This document shows positions 57,293 through 64,000 of a stretch of 64,000 nucleotides of DNA, one piece after another. This DNA comes from Candidatus Niyogibacteria bacterium CG10_big_fil_rev_8_21_14_0_10_46_36 (GTDB lineage: Bacteria; Patescibacteriota; Minisyncoccia; 1-14-0-10-42-19). The notes under the pieces are model-generated. The model did not search any database, had not been told where the DNA came from, and was given only the letters and a program-made list of their open reading frames with translations. The stretch covers positions 244 through 64,243 of the forward strand of contig PFCO01000001.1 of assembly GCA_002772995.1 (NCBI GenBank), read 5' to 3'. Every line of letters begins with the position of its first letter. Within the stretch, counting starts at the first letter, position 1. The position numbers were made by a program, and so were the translations under genes.

Positions 57293-58261
57293 TTATTCCC
57301 GGTAATATTCGAGTGCTCCCTGATAGAGCGACTCCACATCTGAAAAGCGGCCGTCAAAACTTGAACCGAGAACAACAATAATAATCGTGCGCCCAAAACC
57401 GACATCCATGGCAACTGCAAGGTTTCCACCCGCAGCATCAGTATACCCTGTTTTCGATGCGCGGAGCCCTGGCAAGAAAGCTGCCGATGTGTTGCTATTC
57501 TGGAATGTATGCGCCATGTCCGACGAAGAAATGGTAATACTGTCTCTCTGAGTGCGCTCTAGCATGAACGGATGCTGGGTGATAAGAATACGAAGGAGAC
57601 GAGCGATACTTGCAGCGCTTCCCCACGCTCCCGGTTCTTTATTTTCTTCGTCTATATCTAAACCGGTTACATTTAAAAACCCGAGATCAGAAAGTCCGAG
57701 TTCCTCTTTTTTCGTATTCATATACTGCAAAAATACGGAGAGAGACGCATCCTCATCAATCTCTCCTTGATAGAACATGCTCCCCGCAAACGCGGCAAGT
57801 GCGTGCGCTGCATCATTAGATGACTGCACGAGCATGATATCCATCAAATCATCAAAATAAAACTTTTCCCCGACGAGAAGCCCATTATCTCCCTCTTCAC
57901 GGACTGCGGCTTCCGTTATGGACACTACAAGCGGAAACGGCGATGTTTTGCGCTCCTCCACATCCTGAAGCGCGAGCGCAGTCATCAGCTTTGCAATACT
58001 TGCGAGCGGGTAAACAGCTCTTTCATCTTTTGCAAAAAGAACCTTTCCTGAAGGATATTCTTCAACGATTACCCCCTTCGCTTTGATTGAGATGGCGTTA
58101 AATATCTTCTGCGCCCGTTCTTTCTCAAGGGTAACGCTGTCTGCCTGCGTCACTGCCGCAGTGTTGCTGGAGGCGCCACCCTGCTTCAAACGATCAAAAG
58201 GGGCTTGCAAAATGAAGCCCGCCAATAACACTCCTATCAATGTAGCGAAAAATGTTCTCAT
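57293..58261 (-). CDS. Serine-type D-Ala-D-Ala carboxypeptidase (S11, PBP5/DacB-like)
   Basis: SIAKLMT (SxxK), SSNDAA (SxN), KTGYTDAAG (KTG), signal peptide. Confidence 0.7.
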   Translation of the reverse strand: MRTFFATLIGVLLAGFILQAPFDRLKQGGASSNTAAVTQADSVTLEKERAQKIFNAISIKAKGVIVEEYPSGKVLFAKDERAVYPLASIAKLMTALALQDVEERKTSPFPLVVSITEAAVREEGDNGLLVGEKFYFDDLMDIMLVQSSNDAAHALAAFAGSMFYQGEIDEDASLSVFLQYMNTKKEELGLSDLGFLNVTGLDIDEENKEPGAWGSAASIARLLRILITQHPFMLERTQRDSITISSSDMAHTFQNSNTSAAFLPGLRASKTGYTDAAGGNLAVAMDVGFGRTIIIVVLGSSFDGRFSDVESLYQGALEYYRE

Positions 58262-58908
58262 AATTGTTCATCTGCCCTTGGCGCATCCTCAGGTGGCGGC
58301 GCTGATTCATCTGTTTCGGCTTTGATGTGGCCTTCCTCATCTTCCGCTCCATGACGCGACAATTCCTCTTTGACGCGCTCGTATTCGGGCACATCTTCTA
58401 TCCGCGAAATGCCGAAATATTTTAAGAGGTCAAGCGAAGGTTTGTACAAGTACGAACGGGCGTCACCTGGGTTCGGAACGCGTTCTACCAGCCCACGCAC
58501 AAGAAGATTGCGGAGTGTAAAGCTCGAGTTCACTCCGCGGATATAATCAACATCGGGGCGGGACACAGGTCCTTTGTATACGATTATCGCAAGTGTCTCG
58601 GTAGCCGCCTTACTTAAGTCACCCGAAAATTCTTCCTTCATAACTTCAGATACCTCTTTTGAAGATTCAGGCGCAGTCACCAAACTTACCGCGTCTCCGG
58701 TAAATACCAGCCGTATTCCCCTGTCTTGGAGCGCGGCATTCAGTTCCTCAACCGCTTTGCTGACATCCTCAACGGAAGCACCAGTCAATGTCGCGAGCCG
58801 CTTAATGCTTGTTGCTTCTCCCAACACAAACAGGAGCGATTCAATTGTTTTCGCCAGTTTCTGCATGATGTACATGGATATCATGGAATAAGCCCTTTTG
58901 TTCAGCAA
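58258..58908 (-). CDS. scpB: Segregation and condensation protein B
   Basis: Two winged-helix repeats (ESLLFVLGEATSIKRLATLTG; VSRPDVDYIRGVNSSFTLRNLLVRGLV). Confidence 0.8.
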   Translation of the reverse strand: MLNKRAYSMISMYIMQKLAKTIESLLFVLGEATSIKRLATLTGASVEDVSKAVEELNAALQDRGIRLVFTGDAVSLVTAPESSKEVSEVMKEEFSGDLSKAATETLAIIVYKGPVSRPDVDYIRGVNSSFTLRNLLVRGLVERVPNPGDARSYLYKPSLDLLKYFGISRIEDVPEYERVKEELSRHGAEDEEGHIKAETDESAPPPEDAPRADEQL

Positions 58909-59578
58909 CGATTATGCCGTCCTTAAACAGCTCAAGAAGCGCAAGAAAGCTGACAATAACATCGGTCTTGTTTTTTTTATCGGTAAGCGCGCCGAAAAGC
59001 GCTTTTGGATTTTTCCGTATGCGCTCTGTTAATTCTTCTATTTTTTCCTCAAGCGTTACAATGCGTTCAAGAATGCGTTCGGGAAGCGGATCTTCTTTCG
59101 GCAAGCGCGAAACGATTGATTCGGCTGCTTCAAGAATATTAGAAAACACAAACCCTTCGGGCGGGAAAAACCCCACCTCAAAATCGTATGTAGTGTTCCG
59201 GGAATACATATGTTTGTGCCGCCCTGCAAGTTTCGTGAGGTTGGCCCCCAGCTCACGGAACATCTTCAGCTGCCGGAGCCGTTCTTGTAGTTCTTCTATG
59301 TCTGCTTCTTCTTCTTTATCTATTTCAAGCTGCGGGAGAAGCGAGCGTGATTTGATGAGCATTAATGTTGCCGCGATAACCAAGAACTGCGACACTTCGC
59401 GCTCAGGAAGATGTGGGAGTTCTTTTATATGAGCAAGGTACTCCCCCGCAATATCAGCAAGAGAGACTTCGCTTATAGAAAGCGTACGCTCCTCTATCAT
59501 GGTGAGAAGCATATCCAACGGACCCTCAAATGTTTGTGTTTTAATATGAAATATCATAGCACTATTTATCCTTTTCAA
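58841..59578 (-). CDS. scpA: Segregation and condensation protein A
   Basis: FEGPLDMLLTMIEERTLSISEVSLADIAGEYL kleisin N-terminus. Confidence 0.8.
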   Translation of the reverse strand: MKRINSAMIFHIKTQTFEGPLDMLLTMIEERTLSISEVSLADIAGEYLAHIKELPHLPEREVSQFLVIAATLMLIKSRSLLPQLEIDKEEEADIEELQERLRQLKMFRELGANLTKLAGRHKHMYSRNTTYDFEVGFFPPEGFVFSNILEAAESIVSRLPKEDPLPERILERIVTLEEKIEELTERIRKNPKALFGALTDKKNKTDVIVSFLALLELFKDGIIVAEQKGLFHDIHVHHAETGENN

Positions 59579-60968
59579 TACGAAGCCCGAGTTCTCGTAA
59601 TTGTTCTTCAGATAACGGAGCAGGTGCGCGCATCATGAGGTCTCTGCCGTCCCCAGTCTTTGGGAATGCCATCACTTCGCGGATAGACGACTCGTTCTGA
59701 AGGATTGTATGAAAGCGGTCCAAACCGAACGCAATGCCGCCGTGCGGAGGCGCGCCATATGAGAACGCATCAAGCATATGCTTAAATTGATCGCCAAAAA
59801 TTTCTTTGTCATGTCCCAGCCGTTCAAACACCGTCTGCAAAAATTCAGGTTCATAAATACGAAGCGACCCTCCTGCTATTTCGCTTCCATTAAGCACTAC
59901 ATCGTATTGATGCGCCAAAAAATCCCCAAAATCTCTTCCTTCTTTTAGCGCCTGAAACGCGTCTCCGCCGTCCTTAAGCTTCGGTAAGGTAAACGGGTGG
60001 TGGACTGACGACCATGACCCGTCTTGAAGTTTTTCAAACATCGGAAAATCCGTAATGATAGCAAACGCAAGTTCGTCCGGGTCATCCTTATCTTTGCGCA
60101 GATCAGGATGGTCGCTTTTGTATTCTTTCATCGATTCTTCGTAGGTAAGATGCCGGAACGACGGCTTGGACAGCTTCTTTGTGGGGTACAATTCTTTGAC
60201 TACTGTTTCGCAAATTTCTTTCGCAAGACCGATGATATCCTCCTCTGACGCAAAACTCATCTCTATATCAAGTTGGGTAAATTCGGGCTGGCGGTCACCG
60301 CGCGTATCTTCATCGCGGAAACACCGTACAATCTGGAAATATTTTTCAAATCCCGCAACCATCAAAAGCTGTTTATATTGTTGAGGACTTTGCGGGAGGG
60401 CGTAAAACGAACCCTTTTGCAACCGGGATGGCACAACATAATCGCGCGCGCCCTCGGGAGTAGAGCGTGTAAGATACGGCGTTTCTATGTCGGTAAATCC
60501 TTTCTCTGCCAACATGTTGCGAATGAGTAAATGGACCGCCGCGCGCGCGCGGATATTTTTCTGGAGACGCTCGCGCCGTAAATCCAAATAACGATATGCA
60601 AGACGATGTTCTTCACCGATATCCTTGCCATCAGAATCAAGCGCAAAGGGCGGCGTTGCCGCCTGCGAAAGCACTTCAAGCGCTGTTGCATTTATCTCAA
60701 CACTTCCCGTCGGCATATCTTTATTTATCATGCCCTCGGGGCGCTTTTTCACTTCACCCTCAAGACGGATAACCCACTCGGGGCGCAGGGTGTCTGCAAC
60801 TTTCAAAAGCGCATCCTTCTTGGGATTAAACACTACCTGCACCGTCCCCGACATATCACGAAGGTCAATAAAAATAAGCTTGCCGTGATCGCGCCTAACC
60901 GAAACCCAGCCGAAAAGGGTCACCTTTTTGCCTGCATGTTCCGGAGTTTGGTTGATGAGAGTCCTCAT
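59562..60968 (-). CDS. aspS: Aspartyl-tRNA synthetase, short (archaeal/eukaryal-type, no GAD insertion)
   Basis: N-terminal OB fold, class II motifs (FRDEDTRGDRQPEFTQLDIEMSF, GLDRF); 468 aa. Confidence 0.9.
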   Translation of the reverse strand: MRTLINQTPEHAGKKVTLFGWVSVRRDHGKLIFIDLRDMSGTVQVVFNPKKDALLKVADTLRPEWVIRLEGEVKKRPEGMINKDMPTGSVEINATALEVLSQAATPPFALDSDGKDIGEEHRLAYRYLDLRRERLQKNIRARAAVHLLIRNMLAEKGFTDIETPYLTRSTPEGARDYVVPSRLQKGSFYALPQSPQQYKQLLMVAGFEKYFQIVRCFRDEDTRGDRQPEFTQLDIEMSFASEEDIIGLAKEICETVVKELYPTKKLSKPSFRHLTYEESMKEYKSDHPDLRKDKDDPDELAFAIITDFPMFEKLQDGSWSSVHHPFTLPKLKDGGDAFQALKEGRDFGDFLAHQYDVVLNGSEIAGGSLRIYEPEFLQTVFERLGHDKEIFGDQFKHMLDAFSYGAPPHGGIAFGLDRFHTILQNESSIREVMAFPKTGDGRDLMMRAPAPLSEEQLRELGLRIEKDK

Positions 60969-61085
60969 AATATCCCTTTATACTATGGTATTTTGAGGCG
61001 TTGAGCAAGAACAAAATATCATAGAAATATTGACAAAATATGAGAAAATGATATAATTTTAAAAAATTAAAAAGGAGGTTATGTT

Positions 61086-61361
61086 ATGGGTCTTGCTCAA
61101 TTTAAAAGAGACCTCCAGGGATGGATGACAAATGAAGATGGCGATGACATCTGCCCGGATTGTTGGAGGAAAAGAATGGAAAATCCGGAAATAGATGAGC
61201 CCATTAAGAAGTGGCTTCTTGAATTCTCCCATCCCACCGCCTCTCTGCCAAAAGAATTACTAGCAACAAGACGGACGAGCGATGGCGGATGGTTTGCGTC
61301 TTGTGAGCATTGCTGGAAAATCGTAGCATCAAACTATTTCCCTCATGCCTCATTCATCTAA
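61086..61361 (+). CDS. Small zinc-ribbon hypothetical protein (CPDC...CEHC)
   Basis: AAGGAGG RBS at 61073-61079, terminator hairpin at 61361-61397. Confidence 0.4.
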   Translation: MGLAQFKRDLQGWMTNEDGDDICPDCWRKRMENPEIDEPIKKWLLEFSHPTASLPKELLATRRTSDGGWFASCEHCWKIVASNYFPHASFI

Positions 61362-61397
61362 AAGGACTCCTATCAAACGGAGTCCTTTCTTTTTATT
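61361..61397. terminator. Bidirectional terminator (10-bp stem aaaggactcc/ggagtccttt)
   Basis: Read directly; T-run follows on plus strand. Confidence 0.6.
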
Positions 61398-62025
61398 CAC
61401 CCTCAAAATAAAGCACTTTTATTTTTTCGCGGAGCATTTCCGTGCCCACTTCGTACGATGTCCCACTCCCAAGCGAAAACGGCCTCCCAAAACGGATAAC
61501 TATCTTTTTTTTTCCGTTTTGCGTTTGCGGACGGAATGAAATAGGTACAATCGGTATGCCTGCTTTTATGGCTATGGCGGCTGCTCCCCGATAAAATTTC
61601 CCCACGGTATCCTCAAATATCCGTTCGCCTTCCGGAAAAACAAAGATAGAGTAACCTTTTTTTGCAAGCAAAACAGGCAGGTCGGTCGCATGCTCAACCC
61701 CCAAGCCTCTGCCCGATGGGAATGCTCCTGCCAGCTTGAATATGACGGAAAGCGCACGAATCTTGCGGAAGAACTCCAGAAGTGGAGTTTTGAATTGCTT
61801 AGTTTCTACCATGAAACGAACCGGGAATATGGGATGAAAAAATGGGAATTGCATCAATATGTAGACCTTATCCAAGATGCCTTTGTGGGTAGAAGCAAAG
61901 ACTACAGGCGGATGCATCGTAGCAAGCACCCGATGCGGATCGTGTACTTCAACATTGCTAAATAAAAACAGCGGCTTGGCAATAAGCCACAAGAACCGCT
62001 GTATAATTGTATACACTATACTCAT
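61393..62025 (-). CDS. plsC: 1-acyl-sn-glycerol-3-phosphate acyltransferase (PlsC/LPLAT family)
   Basis: HxxxxD (THKGILD) and FPEGER motifs. Confidence 0.7.
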   Translation of the reverse strand: MSIVYTIIQRFLWLIAKPLFLFSNVEVHDPHRVLATMHPPVVFASTHKGILDKVYILMQFPFFHPIFPVRFMVETKQFKTPLLEFFRKIRALSVIFKLAGAFPSGRGLGVEHATDLPVLLAKKGYSIFVFPEGERIFEDTVGKFYRGAAAIAIKAGIPIVPISFRPQTQNGKKKIVIRFGRPFSLGSGTSYEVGTEMLREKIKVLYFEGE

Positions 62026-62031
62026 ACAGGA

Positions 62032-62928
62032 TTAACTGTTTTGCCCTCCCTGTATATGGATGACTCGCTGTGGAAATGGAATCTCAATCCCCCGTTCATC
62101 AAATACATTTTTTACCCGGCGGCGATACTCCCGCGCAACCGCCCACTGTTCTCCAGGTCTTGTTTCTCCAAGCAGTTTGATAATGACCGAAGAATCTGCA
62201 AATTCACTGACCCCCAGCGCTTCTATCGGTTTTCTGAATTTCTCCCCCCACGCCTCGTCTTTTGCCATATCCTGCCCTATTTCATTCAAAACCGCGATAA
62301 CATCATCAACGCGCGCGCTGTAAGAAATCCCGATATCCAGATGCACCCGCGATTCAAACTTGGTCATGTTGGATGCAGTTGATATTGTTCCGTTCGGCAC
62401 ATGATGTTCCACGCCATCCAGGTCGCGCAATATAGTGTGGCGCAAATTTATCTCTTGCACCTCCCCGGATACCCCTGCGATTTTAACCACATCACCTTTT
62501 CGGTATTGATCCTCAAGGATAATAAAAAATCCCGCGATAATATCCTTAATAAGCCATTGTCCGCCAAATCCTAATGCAATGCCCGCAATGCCTGCGCCCG
62601 CAATGAGAGGACCCGTGTCTACACCGAGCTCCGAAAGAATCATAATCCCTCCAAATATCCATATAGCCACTTTTATTGCCGAAGAAAACACCCCTGCGAG
62701 CGTTTCTCTGCGCTTCGTCTGGGCTTTACTATCGCGCGATTTATAGGCGTGCTGGGTGTATCCTTCAACGGCTTTCCGTATCGCAATCCGCACTATTTTC
62801 TGTGCCGCAAAAAGCACCACGACAATAAATATCAGGCGGACACCGTGCTCAAAAAACCACGGTCCAACAACATCACTAATCAAAATTGAAAAATCCATAA
62901 GAGTTGTGTAAATAAGAGAATGTCCCAA
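62032..62928 (-). CDS. Small-conductance mechanosensitive channel (MscS family)
   Basis: Three TM helices then MscS beta domain (GDVVKIAGVSGEVQEINLRHTILRDLDGVEHHVPNGTI). Confidence 0.75.
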   Translation of the reverse strand: MGHSLIYTTLMDFSILISDVVGPWFFEHGVRLIFIVVVLFAAQKIVRIAIRKAVEGYTQHAYKSRDSKAQTKRRETLAGVFSSAIKVAIWIFGGIMILSELGVDTGPLIAGAGIAGIALGFGGQWLIKDIIAGFFIILEDQYRKGDVVKIAGVSGEVQEINLRHTILRDLDGVEHHVPNGTISTASNMTKFESRVHLDIGISYSARVDDVIAVLNEIGQDMAKDEAWGEKFRKPIEALGVSEFADSSVIIKLLGETRPGEQWAVAREYRRRVKNVFDERGIEIPFPQRVIHIQGGQNS

Positions 62929-63078
62929 GATTGCGCTTCCTCCTTTTTAAAAACGGATATCTCGGAAAACTATAACAAATGAAGAGTTATATGTATAGTA
63001 TAAAATGAAACAGATATTTATCAAAACCGCGCACTCCCCCTTGAAAATCCTGTAAAATTTGGCATAATGAGGAAACAT

Positions 63079-63151
63079 CCGCCCGTAGCTCAGTTGGTAG
63101 AGCAGCAGCCTTTTAAGCTGAGGGTCGAAGGTTCGAGTCCTTCCGGGCGGA
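63079..63151 (+). tRNA. tRNA-Lys (anticodon UUU)
   Basis: Manual cloverleaf: acceptor CCGCCCG/CGGGCGG, D-arm GCUCAGUUGGUAGAGC, anticodon loop CUUUUAA, T-arm GAAGGUUCGAGUCCUUC. Confidence 0.75.
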
Positions 63152-63159
63152 CAAATATA

Positions 63160-63186
63160 AAAATCCCGCAATGCGGGATTTTTTAT
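63160..63186 (+). terminator. Hairpin terminator after tRNA-Lys (atcccgc-aat-gcgggat + T-run)
   Basis: Read directly; same stem sequence as rplU terminator at 6164. Confidence 0.6.
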
Positions 63187-63677
63187 TGTATGGCTATGGA
63201 TTTCAAATTTAAAACCGGCCTGTAGTTTAAATAGATATATCTATTACCGCCCTCTCTATAGGTATCTATGCCTGTGGAATAAAAAATGTTTTTTAGGCAC
63301 ACGCGGTCAAAATTGAGCTGGATGGTCTCTCCGGTAAACATGCGTATTATGCGCTCGTCATCCAAGGAAGGAACACCGAAGAAGGTAGTATCACATGCTA
63401 TATAAAACCCGTCGTAATACAATCTTCCGAGCTTAAATGTCCGTACGGTTTTCACAAGGTAAATGCGTTTCTTGCTTTCAAAAACCTTCTTTTGATACGC
63501 GGTAAGTGCGTGTTGGGAACCACCGACAGTATCTACTCGTACCATTTCTTTAACCACAAAGGTCATTTTTTGTGCATCGCCGCACGTTTCTACCATTACA
63601 TTACGCGGATTACACCCCCATGCATCCCCAAAAATAGCCAAGAAAAAGACGAGCGAGCCTCCTATAAGCGTATACAC
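63183..63677 (-). CDS. Hypothetical secreted/membrane protein (164 aa)
   Basis: N-terminal hydrophobic segment; no motif. Confidence 0.3.
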   Translation of the reverse strand: MYTLIGGSLVFFLAIFGDAWGCNPRNVMVETCGDAQKMTFVVKEMVRVDTVGGSQHALTAYQKKVFESKKRIYLVKTVRTFKLGRLYYDGFYIACDTTFFGVPSLDDERIIRMFTGETIQLNFDRVCLKNIFYSTGIDTYREGGNRYIYLNYRPVLNLKSIAIQ

Positions 63678-63726
63678 GCATACTTTTGTCCAATCTATTT
63701 TTTCTTTTTTAATGTGCTTTTTTATA

Positions 63727-64000
63727 TCACACTCCCTCTTCCCGTAACTCTTCGAAGAGTTTTTTTGCCTTACGGGAAAGTTTTTTTGGATTTTTCACGA
63801 GCACGCGTATGAGCAGGTCTCCCTTTTTGCCAGATTGCATCGGCACGCCCCGCTCGCGCACGCGGAGCACTTCGCCCGAATCAATGCCTTCGGGTATTTT
63901 TATTTTTATCTTACCATCAATAGATTCTATCACTTTCTCCCCGCCAAGCACTGCTTCGGTCATAGGGACTTCGAGGTCCATAATAAGATTTGTGCCATGG
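63727..64000 (-). CDS. dnaJ: Chaperone DnaJ, C-terminal domain only (gene continues beyond window end)
   Basis: DnaJ C-terminal dimerisation region GDLLIRVLVKNPKKLSRKAKKLFEEL; ORF open to window edge. Confidence 0.55.
   Translation of the reverse strand, partial: HGTNLIMDLEVPMTEAVLGGEKVIESIDGKIKIKIPEGIDSGEVLRVRERGVPMQSGKKGDLLIRVLVKNPKKLSRKAKKLFEELREEGV

Noticed and set aside
1-64000. CRISPR array or cas operon associated with the two Cas4-like nucleases
   Set aside because: No regularly spaced direct repeats were seen in any intergenic region, and no Cas1, Cas2 or effector-like ORFs. The nucleases are treated as stand-alone PD-(D/E)XK proteins.

Overview
This 64-kb window reads like a dense chromosomal segment from a small-genome, moderate-GC bacterium, plausibly a Candidate Phyla Radiation (Patescibacteria) lineage. 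That placement is inference from gene content (short insertion-less aaRS forms, two MreB paralogs, many small membrane or secreted hypotheticals, sparse metabolism), not a database match. Most of the sequence is housekeeping genes.

- **Cell wall, shape and division:** murA, two mreB, mreC, mreD, a SEDS protein (FtsW/RodA), murG, a partial dcw cluster (mraZ, rsmH, ftsL, ftsI, murF), a separate mraY/PBP2/dacB block, and M23 and M15 peptidases.
- **Translation:** proS, gltX, cysS, lysS, aspS, def, fmt, frr, rplU, rpmA, rplI, a bL28-like gene, tRNA-Glu and tRNA-Lys.
- **Replication and repair:** dnaB, recR, holB-like, rmuC, scpAB, and dnaJ (partial).
- **Other:** pyrG, greA, rseP, ctpA, a P-type Ca ATPase next to a CaCA exchanger, a trehalose-synthase-like GT4 with ROK kinase and transaldolase, a thiol-redox/MsrB cluster, and a type IV pilin.

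No CRISPR array, rRNA, transposase or integrase was found.

The most accessory-looking stretch is about 42.4-46.6 kb, where a type IV pilin and hypotheticals sit next to a GIY-YIG plus Cas4-like nuclease operon, a membrane HTH protein and a phage-like M15 peptidase. This stretch abuts tRNA-Glu, whose 3' end is duplicated as a 21-bp direct repeat, an att-like footprint of an integrase-mediated event. A second Cas4-like nuclease with a long C-terminal extension lies at 26.1 kb, downstream of a tightly defined small transcription unit.

Other unexplained signals are a structured 480-bp non-coding region upstream of def carrying an 18-bp perfect palindrome, a cluster of consensus DnaA boxes upstream of mraZ, a repeated 30-bp terminator-like hairpin, and G/C homopolymer tracts. 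All calls come from reading the sequence and ORF translations; no searches were run.
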